From a virus: 40,107 bases of DNA. Shown here one piece after another: positions 31,793 to 38,265 of this stretch (within the stretch, counting starts at the first letter, position 1; every line of letters begins with the position of its first letter). The notes under the pieces were generated by a model, which ran no database searches, was not told the DNA's origin, and worked only from the letters and a program-made list of their open reading frames with translations. The position numbers and the translations under genes were made by a program. The DNA is taken from IMG/VR virus record IMGVR_UViG_3300045988_075043, positions 1 through 40,107 of that record; one strand, 5' to 3'.

Positions 31793-32328
31793 GATTGCTG
31801 CCACACAAATGCCCGAAGGTTCTTTGTATCGTTGCGGATTGCAAGTCCGGTGATCCGCCCGGTCTTCTCGTCATAGGCGATTTTCTCCACGCTGAACTTG
31901 TCATAGCAGCTGAACCGGGTCTTTCCGTTGAAGGAAGACGCTTTGATCTCTGCTTTATTGCTGGGAATCCAGACAAACGGGGACGTGTAGAGTTCCCTGC
32001 CGATGCCCCAGCGGAACCCGGCGCGCTTGAAAGCGTCGCTTGCCTCGCCCTTTTTCTGGTTGCCTTCCTCGTCCTCCCGGCTCTCGATACCGCAGTCCCA
32101 TTTCCATTGGATGCCGCCGTTTTCCTGGATAATCCCGATACCGGCGTACAGATTGCCCTTGATCTCCTTGTAGTCGTTCGTCCAGTTGCCCGCCCCTACA
32201 GTCTCGTCCAACAAGTCCATATCCGTCCTCGCCGTCTTGTACAGCAGACACACCAGACCATTTTCCTTGACCTGCTTGACCTTGACCTCAATCTCGTCAG
32301 CGGTCAGAAACCGAAACATTCTTGCCAT
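31789..32328 (-). CDS. Rad52/Sak-type single-strand annealing protein (179 aa)
   Basis: GEASDAFKRAGFRWGIGRELY signature. SD AAGGAGG. Confidence 0.7.
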   Translation of the reverse strand: MARMFRFLTADEIEVKVKQVKENGLVCLLYKTARTDMDLLDETVGAGNWTNDYKEIKGNLYAGIGIIQENGGIQWKWDCGIESREDEEGNQKKGEASDAFKRAGFRWGIGRELYTSPFVWIPSNKAEIKASSFNGKTRFSCYDKFSVEKIAYDEKTGRITGLAIRNDTKNLRAFVWQQS

Positions 32329-32527
32329 CGTCTTCCTCCTTAAATTTCAGCGGGCATTCATACCCAACTGTTGCTCTTGTATCCAGCAGATACTCCCCGG
32401 TCAACCGGCACTGCTTCCGGGCGTATGTTTCCATACACGGGCACAAATCACAGCACACATGACCCTCCGGGAAGTAAATGCTTGCCGTGGCCTTCTCGTA
32501 CCACAGGCAGCTTTTTTTATCCGCCAT
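32297..32527 (-). CDS. Cys-rich hypothetical protein (76 aa; alternative TTG start at 32539)
   Basis: SCLWYEK...HVCCDLCPCMETYARKQCRLTGEY. Confidence 0.5.
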   Translation of the reverse strand: MADKKSCLWYEKATASIYFPEGHVCCDLCPCMETYARKQCRLTGEYLLDTRATVGYECPLKFKEEDDGKNVSVSDR

Positions 32528-32535
32528 AATCCACC

Positions 32536-32724
32536 TCAATCATAGGAAATCTCCTGCCATTCCTCCCGGCTGTCCATGCAGAGGTCGCAAATGGCATCGT
32601 CCCGGATTTTCCAGTATCTATGTCCCACGGTTCTCCCGCAGCAGATGCACACCGGAATGCTGCTGTCCGTTGCCTGGGGATCGTACAGATAATCGTAATC
32701 CGGATTCACACCAACATCATCCAT
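32536..32724 (-). CDS. Hypothetical Zn-ribbon-like protein (62 aa)
   Basis: SD AAAGGGAAG plus ATG. CICCGRT...CDLC. Confidence 0.5.
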   Translation of the reverse strand: MDDVGVNPDYDYLYDPQATDSSIPVCICCGRTVGHRYWKIRDDAICDLCMDSREEWQEISYD

Positions 32725-32752
32725 TGACTTCCCTTTCTCAGTTTGATATACT
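32724..32752 (+). promoter_or_regulatory. Antisense-oriented promoter inside the early operon
   Basis: TTGACT (32724-32729), 17 nt, TATACT (32747-32752). Confidence 0.5.
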
Positions 32753-32757
32753 GGTAA

Positions 32758-32819
32758 ATGGTAGAGATTTTTTATATCGCTTGCCGTCCCCGGTGCTGTA
32801 ACATCGGGGGCGGCTTTTT
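32758..32819 (+). ncRNA. Candidate ~60-nt antisense sRNA (promoter to terminator)
   Basis: The predicted start is about 6 nt after the -10 box. Terminator GCCGTCCCCG (32783-32792)/CGGGGGCGGC (32805-32814) plus TTTTT. The T-run is only on the + strand. Confidence 0.45.
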
Positions 32820-33051
32820 ATCGCCCTCTGATGCACCGTCCGATACCGGCGCCCATCAGGATAGCGCACACCCACATTGCGGGAACTGCCGCCTTGTCTG
32901 CCAGCAAATCGGCTTGCTGCCACCAGAAAAGCACCAGATTCAGTCCCGCATAGGGGCAAACACGGAAAACACATTCCTTGATATTGAACGGCTTCCGGTT
33001 CTTCGGCACCGGCTCCCACCGGACATCCTCGGGCGTGCTTCTGCTTGCCAT
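32818..33051 (-). CDS. Small membrane protein (77 aa)
   Basis: Two hydrophobic segments: GLNLVLFWW and AVPAMWVCAILMGAGIG. Confidence 0.5.
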   Translation of the reverse strand: MASRSTPEDVRWEPVPKNRKPFNIKECVFRVCPYAGLNLVLFWWQQADLLADKAAVPAMWVCAILMGAGIGRCIRGR

Positions 33052-33056
33052 ATCGT

Positions 33057-33233
33057 TCACCTCCTGTCGTGGTTTTTATGGACTACGTCGAAAAGCTCCA
33101 CGTTCTCATCATCAAACGCCTTGCGTTCCTCCGTTTCCATGCCCAAGGATTCCCGTAACTTGACGTTTTCCTCCCGCAACCGGCGGTTCATCTCCGCCAT
33201 GGTGCGAAGCTGGGCAACCTCGTTCGGCATCAT
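33057..33233 (-). CDS. Small coiled-coil protein (58 aa)
   Basis: MMPNEVAQLRTMAEMNRRLREENVKLRESLGMETEERKAFDDENVELFDVVHKNHDRR. Confidence 0.45.
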   Translation of the reverse strand: MMPNEVAQLRTMAEMNRRLREENVKLRESLGMETEERKAFDDENVELFDVVHKNHDRR

Positions 33234-33475
33234 TTTGCCACCTCATCCGGATACATAGTGCTCAGCACATCCGGCGCGTCCCAGTGGTTGCCATCCCACC
33301 CAGCCCGGCGGGCGTAGGCGTAAACCTCCCGCCGAACAGGTTCCGGCATCACGGCAACCACCTTTACGCAGTAGTCACCATCGGTGCTATAGAGGAACGT
33401 ATCCTCAATTTTTGGGTACGCCATCCGGCCTTCCAGAAATGCCTTTGCGCGCTTCTTTGCAAGCCGCTTTTTCAT
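33230..33475 (-). CDS. Hypothetical protein (81 aa)
   Basis: SD GGGAG. Basic N-terminus, then a globular part. Confidence 0.55.
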   Translation of the reverse strand: MKKRLAKKRAKAFLEGRMAYPKIEDTFLYSTDGDYCVKVVAVMPEPVRREVYAYARRAGWDGNHWDAPDVLSTMYPDEVAK

Positions 33476-33502
33476 CACTTTCAATCTCCCTTCATCTTGG
33501 CA

Positions 33503-34108
33503 TCATTTGGATTTCTCCTTGTAAGGCTTCACGTCAAAATCACAAATCCACCGATTGCGACCATATCGATCTGTGTAAAGGCTCCACCCTTTGTGGAAGG
33601 CGCAGAGTGTGACAATTTTACCGATAGGAACTTCGTGGCCGGTGAAATCATCTACGATCACAAACTTGTCTCCAACCTTGGGTTTGCCATCCTCAAGCTT
33701 GCTCTCCTTTGGCTTGTCCTCCTTGCGCTTCTTCGCAAAAAGCCGCTCAACGGCGACCTTTGCGCCCTCCGCTCTGCTGTAGGTGTCCTTCGGATTGCAC
33801 CGGGCTTCTGCGGTCTTCACGTCCCGTCCTCCACGTTTCAGCGTGGCCGTGGTAATCATCCCGTCAAAGCGGAGTACCACGGTGCAGGGTTCCCGCTCAG
33901 GCTCTGCAAGGCCGGAAATCATGTCATCATCCCACAGCCAGCCGTATCCGTTATTTTCACCGTAATCTTCCCGCATCCAATATCCGGGCGAAGAGAGGTC
34001 TCTGATCGTCATGACTTTTCCCAGCCACTTGTCCATTTTCCCGAAATCGTTCATGCGGTCGGTTCGGTAGTCTACAATCCGCACCTTATCCCCAACTTTG
34101 TACGCCAT
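33503..34108 (-). CDS. Hypothetical protein with two KVGDK-x-V-IVD (SH3/KOW-like) units (201 aa)
   Basis: SD AAAGGAG plus ATG. YKVGDKVRIVDY... and KVGDKFVIVDDF... repeats. Confidence 0.6.
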   Translation of the reverse strand: MAYKVGDKVRIVDYRTDRMNDFGKMDKWLGKVMTIRDLSSPGYWMREDYGENNGYGWLWDDDMISGLAEPEREPCTVVLRFDGMITTATLKRGGRDVKTAEARCNPKDTYSRAEGAKVAVERLFAKKRKEDKPKESKLEDGKPKVGDKFVIVDDFTGHEVPIGKIVTLCAFHKGWSLYTDRYGRNRWICDFDVKPYKEKSK

Positions 34109-34151
34109 AAATAACTCCTTTCAATTTCGGCATTCTGCCGTAGATTTCAAA

Positions 34152-34442
34152 TCACTGCCATTCCCTTGCAAACGCCCGTATCTCCTTATCAGAGTACCCC
34201 AGGGTTTTCAGAATCACCGCCGGGTCAGGGTGGAGGGTGGTCACCAGCTTTTTCAGGACACTTACCCGCATTTCGGTTTTTCCCTTCCGGTAGTTCCGAA
34301 GGGTCTGATGGTCTACCCCGGTTTTTTCTTCCAGCGCTACAGCGTTGTTGCTCTGAATCCCCGCCAGGGGACAGCAGCGGTCGATTTCCTTCCAAAAATC
34401 ATCCACTGCGTAGCGATCGGCATACTGCCGGATTCTAGGCAT
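34152..34442 (-). CDS. HTH DNA-binding protein (96 aa)
   Basis: NNAVALEEKTGVDHQTLRNYRKGKTEMRVSVLKKL is an XRE/Cro-type HTH. Confidence 0.6.
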   Translation of the reverse strand: MPRIRQYADRYAVDDFWKEIDRCCPLAGIQSNNAVALEEKTGVDHQTLRNYRKGKTEMRVSVLKKLVTTLHPDPAVILKTLGYSDKEIRAFAREWQ

Positions 34443-34619
34443 TTAAGCTCCCTCCTTGTCCTTGGGCTTGTCGGCCTCGGCCAGCTCCATACCCACGGCC
34501 AGACCGGCGGCATAGGTTTCGGCCAGCCTTGCGGCCATCTCCCGCTTGTCCACCGGGATGCTGCTCAGAGCCTTTGCCGCGCTCTCAGCACACCGTTTGA
34601 TTTCATCAGGCATTTTCAT
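34443..34619 (-). CDS. Small hypothetical protein (58 aa)
   Basis: SD AAAGGAGGA plus ATG. The stop abuts the next start codon. Confidence 0.5.
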   Translation of the reverse strand: MKMPDEIKRCAESAAKALSSIPVDKREMAARLAETYAAGLAVGMELAEADKPKDKEGA

Positions 34620-34753
34620 TTCCTCCTTTACTGATTTTTTCTTTTGGTTCTTCCATGCTGAATACCAGCTCCCCGACGATCACGCCGCACAGGGCGACGA
34701 GCAAGAACACGAAAAAGCTGATTAAAATGTACGCCGTTGCTGCTCACCTCCTG

Positions 34754-34782
34754 TTGATTTATCCGGCGCACCCGCTTATAAT
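34754..34782 (+). promoter_or_regulatory. Strong rightward promoter facing the early-lytic promoter
   Basis: TTGATT (34754-34759), 17 nt, TATAAT (34777-34782). Confidence 0.65.
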
Positions 34783-34827
34783 GTTCATACCGGTCGGATG
34801 GCCGAGTACAAATAAGGAGGCACGTTT

Positions 34828-35106
34828 ATGGATTTCAAAGTTTTGATATCGTGCGAGAAATGCAAGTGTTCTTTCGAGTTGCGTCCAGAGGCTTTCAAAA
34901 ACCGGCCATCAATGGAATGCCCGAATTGCGGGCAGGCGTTTCCGGTTGACGTCTATGCGCAGCTGAAAGCCGGGGTCATTGCGCTGGGAAACGTTCCGGA
35001 ATGTATTGAAACGGATACCGGAACAGCCCCAAACGGATCTTTGTTTACCGTGCGAGTAAAAAGCTATGGTATGATGCACGATTTGTTTGGAGCCAGCGAA
35101 AATTAA
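34828..35106 (+). CDS. Zn-ribbon protein (92 aa), antisense to the early operon
   Basis: SD TAAGGAGG plus ATG. CEKCKC...CPNCG. Confidence 0.65.
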   Translation: MDFKVLISCEKCKCSFELRPEAFKNRPSMECPNCGQAFPVDVYAQLKAGVIALGNVPECIETDTGTAPNGSLFTVRVKSYGMMHDLFGASEN

Positions 35107-35300
35107 ATAATCGCCTTTCGGAGACGGCTTTTCGCAATGGCCAGCAACATTTCTGCTTGTTGGAGCGAAAGGCCGTTTCCCATTAGAATCTTGCAAATTT
35201 CGTCCGGGATTCTCTTTCGCTTGTCTTCCGGAATGCTTATCAAAACTTTTTCCGGCTGACTGTCCTGCTCAACTTTTGCAATCACTTCTTCCATTGTCAT
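35103..35300 (-). CDS. First early gene (Cro position), 65 aa
   Basis: SD GGAGGGGGTG. It is the first ORF downstream of the leftward promoter. No clear HTH recognised. Confidence 0.55.
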   Translation of the reverse strand: MTMEEVIAKVEQDSQPEKVLISIPEDKRKRIPDEICKILMGNGLSLQQAEMLLAIAKSRLRKAII

Positions 35301-35346
35301 TCTCTCACCCCCTCCCGTTTTCCATTTGTGTTGACCTTGTAAACAC

Positions 35347-35375
35347 ATAATAGCACTGTTTCGCCTCTTTGTCAA
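35347..35375 (-). promoter_or_regulatory. Early-lytic (PR-like) promoter
   Basis: On the - strand: TTGACA (35370-35375), 17 nt, TATTAT (35347-35352). Confidence 0.7.
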
Positions 35376-35405
35376 CACCTAATTTCAAAAAATTTCCTTT
35401 TCTTG

Positions 35406-35434
35406 TTGACAAAGTAAACAGATTGCGGTATTAT
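35406..35434 (+). promoter_or_regulatory. Repressor (PRM-like) promoter, divergent from PR
   Basis: TTGACA (35406-35411), 17 nt, TATTAT (35429-35434). GTAAACA occurs in its spacer and again at 35339-35345. Confidence 0.7.
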
Positions 35435-35455
35435 ATCATCAAGGAGGTGAAGCAA

Positions 35456-35824
35456 GTGCAAGACCGAATTAAACAGGTACGCCAATCAGAAGGGCTTACA
35501 CAAGCGGAGTTCGCCGAAAAGATAGGGCTATCCAGAAATTACATTGCTATGATTGAGATCGGCCAGCGGGAACCCAGTGACCGTACGATTAAGGATATCT
35601 GCCGCATCTTTGGCGTAAATGAAATCTGGCTCCGAACCGGTGTCGGCGAACCTTTTACACCGCTTTCCAGATCGGAGGAACTGGCCGCAATCTTCGAGCG
35701 GATGGAAGTCGGAGACGATGCAAAGTCCCGGCTTATCCGGGCAATGGCACGAATGCCGGATGAAGCGTTCCCACCCTTCGTTAAATTCGTGGAACAGCTA
35801 TATAAGAATTTCACGGAGGAATAA
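35456..35824 (+). CDS. CI-like XRE-family repressor (122 aa)
   Basis: GTG start with SD AAGGAGG. IKQVRQSEGLTQAEFAEKIGLSRNYIAMIEIGQREPS. Confidence 0.8.
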   Translation: MQDRIKQVRQSEGLTQAEFAEKIGLSRNYIAMIEIGQREPSDRTIKDICRIFGVNEIWLRTGVGEPFTPLSRSEELAAIFERMEVGDDAKSRLIRAMARMPDEAFPPFVKFVEQLYKNFTEE

Positions 35825-35826
35825 AA

Positions 35827-35862
35827 ATACCGGGAACCGCAGTCAAACGCAGTTCCCGGTAT
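35827..35862. terminator. Bidirectional terminator after the repressor gene
   Basis: 11-bp stem ATACCGGGAAC/GTTCCCGGTAT followed by TTTT. Confidence 0.75.
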
Positions 35863-35864
35863 TT

Positions 35865-35981
35865 TCACTTTGCGCTACTGGCGACCAGTGCTTTGATGTA
35901 TAATGCTTTCAGCCGTTCCAGCGGTATTTCATCCAGCAGCTTCATGAGTTCCCTTTTCAGTATTTCGCGGTCGTCCTTCAT
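35865..35981 (-). CDS. Possible small protein (38 aa)
   Basis: GGAGGG, 7 nt, then ATG. MKDDREILKRELMKLLDEIPLERLKALYIKALVASSAK. Confidence 0.35.
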   Translation of the reverse strand: MKDDREILKRELMKLLDEIPLERLKALYIKALVASSAK

Positions 35982-36099
35982 GTCTGTACCCTCCATTGTG
36001 TATTTATAAACATTTGTTTGATTACGTAGCGTATAATAGCACGTCATGTGTCCAATAAACCGGACTAATTAGAAAAATACACAAAATTTTTTCTTTTCG

Positions 36100-36128
36100 T
36101 TGAAATTATTTTCTGAACGTGGTATGAT
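36100..36128 (+). promoter_or_regulatory. Upstream promoter P1 of the abi locus
   Basis: TTGAAA, 17 nt, TATGAT. Confidence 0.5.
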
Positions 36129-36181
36129 TTCAGTGGAGGCAGTGCTGTGAATTCTGATTCAAAAAGATTTTCCCCAGATGG

Positions 36182-36210
36182 TTGACAAATTGTCGGGAAG
36201 TCCGTATAAT
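36182..36210 (+). promoter_or_regulatory. Consensus promoter P2 of the abi locus
   Basis: TTGACA (36182-36187), 17 nt, TATAAT (36205-36210). Confidence 0.75.
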
Positions 36211-36216
36211 AGCAAC

Positions 36217-36285
36217 AACAGGACCTCCCGCACCTCTCCACAGGAAACTGTGTGACGTGTCCCAGGGAGGGCATTTTATTATTAT
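36217..36285 (+). ncRNA. Structured leader / short RNA candidate upstream of abi
   Basis: CCTCCC (36224-36229)/GGGAGG (36265-36270) encloses CACAG-GAAA-CTGTG (36239-36252), followed by ATTTTATTATTAT. Confidence 0.4.
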
Positions 36286-36303
36286 GTAAGAGAGATAGAA
36301 ACG

Positions 36304-37164
36304 ATGACCCAGTTAAAAGCTCCAACCACATACGAGCAGCAGCTTGATATTCTGCGTGGCCGTAATGTTCTGGTAGACAATAGTGAAAAGTGCCTTTCTG
36401 TTTTGGAAAGCGTAAATTACTATCGTTTTGTTGCGTACTTCTTGCCGTTTAAGCAGTCTGACGGAAATTACCGTGACGGAACGAATTTCCAAACGGTGTA
36501 TCGTATTTATGAATTTGATCGGAAACTGCGCGGTATATTGTTTGCAGCTCTGGAAGAAGTCGAAATATTCATCCGTGCGAAGCTCGCCTATTTTCACGCC
36601 CACAAATACGGCGCGGAGGGATACCTAAACGCAGATAATTTCTCTAAGTTTCACGATGCTGAAAAATTCAAGGAGAACCTGGATCGTGAAATATCAAGCA
36701 ACAAACGCTCTGCGTTTGTGATCCATCATCAACGTCAATATGGTGGTCATTTCCCGATATGGGTCATTGTTGAGCTGTTCACCTTTGGCATGTTGTCTCG
36801 GTTCTACGGAGACTTGACAACGGCAGATCAAAAGAAGATATCAAGAGAGCTGTATGGGACAATCCCTAAAAATATGAATAGCTGGCTTCGATGCTGTACA
36901 GATTTGCGGAACATTTGCGCCCACTATGGACGGCTGTATTACCGTGTGTTTTCCGCAACTCCCGCCGGAGTAAGTGCAAAAGAGCCAGAGATCAACAGAT
37001 TGTGGGGTGCCACGCTTGCGTTAAGATCTCTATATCCCGACAGGCAGAAATGGAATACAGAAATTCTTCCGCAGTTGTCTTCCCTGATTGAGAGATATCA
37101 GGATGATATTAGCCTATTACATATAGGATTCCCTGACGACTGGGAGAAAACATTGACATTCTAA
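36304..37164 (+). CDS. Abi_2 (AbiD/AbiF-like) abortive-infection protein (286 aa)
   Basis: QQLDILRGRNVLV...VNYYRFVAYFLPF...YEFDRKLRGILFAALEEVEIFIR...RNICAHYGRLY. Low-GC insert. Confidence 0.8.
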   Translation: MTQLKAPTTYEQQLDILRGRNVLVDNSEKCLSVLESVNYYRFVAYFLPFKQSDGNYRDGTNFQTVYRIYEFDRKLRGILFAALEEVEIFIRAKLAYFHAHKYGAEGYLNADNFSKFHDAEKFKENLDREISSNKRSAFVIHHQRQYGGHFPIWVIVELFTFGMLSRFYGDLTTADQKKISRELYGTIPKNMNSWLRCCTDLRNICAHYGRLYYRVFSATPAGVSAKEPEINRLWGATLALRSLYPDRQKWNTEILPQLSSLIERYQDDISLLHIGFPDDWEKTLTF

Positions 37165-37181
37165 ATATTCTCATTTATAAT
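37153..37181 (+). promoter_or_regulatory. Consensus promoter overlapping the abi stop codon
   Basis: TTGACA (37153-37158), 17 nt, TATAAT (37176-37181). Confidence 0.7.
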
Positions 37182-37187
37182 AAGGGT

Positions 37188-37346
37188 GGTCTAGACCTGC
37201 AATGATTTGCTCGTAGAGCGCGAGCAGCATAATCAAAAGAAAGCTCAATTAGTGCGTGATGGGTATCGTCATCGCACGGTCTTATTCAACCCTTGGGTTA
37301 GGACTCCCACCTTTCGGGATGTTCCGACCTCAAGGGTTTATTTTTT
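37188..37346 (+). ncRNA. Candidate ~160-nt structured ncRNA (promoter to intrinsic terminator, no credible ORF)
   Basis: Hairpins: TGCTCG/CGAGCA (37208-37226), GTGCG..TGA/TCA..CGCAC (37252-37277), and a long terminal stem AACCCTTG (37288-37295)/CAAGGGTT (37331-37338) followed by TTATTTTTT. Confidence 0.5.
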
Positions 37347-37544
37347 GGGCGGGATAGACGCCCCGCCACCCGTGCCACAAGGTGACGGGGCTTTGCCGCC
37401 GGTAACGACGTGTGTCCCTTGCCGGTTGCAATACCACCATACACCCCACACAGGCGTTTCGTAAAGCCCCAGATGTGAAATTCCCGTTCCATTTTCGCAA
37501 CAATCGTTCCATATGTGAAACATTCCGTTTTTGGAGGCGGTTTT

Positions 37545-37985
37545 ATGAATATTTCCGAGCATTTATCAGAATTGGAAGCCCTACGGAAGGAGCGGGGCAT
37601 GTCCCAGCAGGAGCTGGCAGAAACCTGCGGCGTATCCAAGGCCACGATCTGCCGCGCCCTGAATGGTGCGACGGAGCCGACGGCAAGGCTTGTGCAGAGC
37701 ATTGAGGCCGCCGTGCAGTACACCCCGGAGGAACCCCCGGTGCTACCCGCCCCCGGCCAGTCCATGGAGGAATATGTGGAATATCTTCAGGCAACGATCA
37801 TCCGCCAGAGCGAGGACTACAGGCGGCACACCATGCAGCTGCAAACGCACTACAGCCTTCTCAACCGCCAGAACCGCCGGGTGATTCTGATTATGGGCAT
37901 TTCCATTGCGGTGCTGGTAATCTTCCTAGTAGGCTGGCTCATCTTCGATATCATGCACCCGGGAACCGGATGGATTCAAAGGTAA
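37545..37985 (+). CDS. Membrane-anchored XRE-family HTH protein (146 aa)
   Basis: SD GGAGG plus ATG. RKERGMSQQELAETCGVSKATICRALNG. C-terminal TM VILIMGISIAVLVIFLVGWLIF. Confidence 0.7.
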   Translation: MNISEHLSELEALRKERGMSQQELAETCGVSKATICRALNGATEPTARLVQSIEAAVQYTPEEPPVLPAPGQSMEEYVEYLQATIIRQSEDYRRHTMQLQTHYSLLNRQNRRVILIMGISIAVLVIFLVGWLIFDIMHPGTGWIQR

Positions 37986-38039
37986 GATAAATTTTTACGA
38001 TTGTCGGAAATATTTTTCCGTTTTTGGTCAATCTGTCTA

Positions 38040-38068
38040 TTGCTATTTTCCATTTCTCGGGGTACAAT
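38040..38068 (+). promoter_or_regulatory. Promoter of the type III TA-like locus
   Basis: TTGCTA (38040-38045), 17 nt, TACAAT (38063-38068). Confidence 0.55.
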
Positions 38069-38125
38069 GTAGACGTAGGATAACCACCTACGCTATATAG
38101 ACGACGTTCATCGTCCGCCCTAATT

Positions 38126-38220
38126 TGCCGCCTGCCGAGAGCGGGATATAAGACTTCGGCTTGTTGTAAGACTGCCGCTTGCCGGGAGCGGGATACAAAA
38201 CTCCGGCCTGAAAATGCCGG
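38126..38220 (+). ncRNA. Tandem imperfect repeats (~2.3 units, period ~42-47 nt): candidate type III antitoxin RNA
   Basis: TGCCGCCTGCCGAGAGCGGGATATAAGACTTCGGC (38126-38160) against TGCCGCTTGCCGGGAGCGGGATACAAAACTCCGGC (38173-38207). The A/T to G/C changes keep the GCCGR...YCGGC pairing. A partial third unit starts at 38215. Confidence 0.55.
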
Positions 38221-38253
38221 ACTGGCCGCCATGCCGGTTCGGCATTCTTTTTT
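38213..38253 (+). terminator. Terminator/attenuator between the repeat RNA and the toxin gene
   Basis: CGGCATT (38240-38246) can pair with AATGCCG (38213-38219) or with ATGCCG (38231-38236). It is followed by CTTTTTT. Confidence 0.6.
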
Positions 38254-38265
38254 GGGGGATAACAA

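Noticed and set aside
34606-34728. Small hydrophobic peptide ORF on the - strand (...ILISFFVFLLVALCGVIVGELVFSMEEPKEKISKGGNENA)
   Set aside because: It looks like a TM peptide, but no ATG/GTG/TTG with a correctly spaced SD opens the frame: ATT lies 16+ nt from AGGAGG, and the internal GTG has no SD. It is kept only as a note.
36065-36331. 88-aa - strand ORF
   Set aside because: It is antisense to the abi promoters and leader, low complexity, and has no SD.
37207-37464. 85-aa + strand ORF
   Set aside because: TTG start without an SD. It runs straight through a strong terminator hairpin and T-run, and its composition is Pro/Arg/Thr-rich.
38126-38220. CRISPR array
   Set aside because: There are only ~2.3 imperfect repeats with no spacer-like unique segments of regular size and no cas genes. 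A type III antitoxin-like RNA explains them better.
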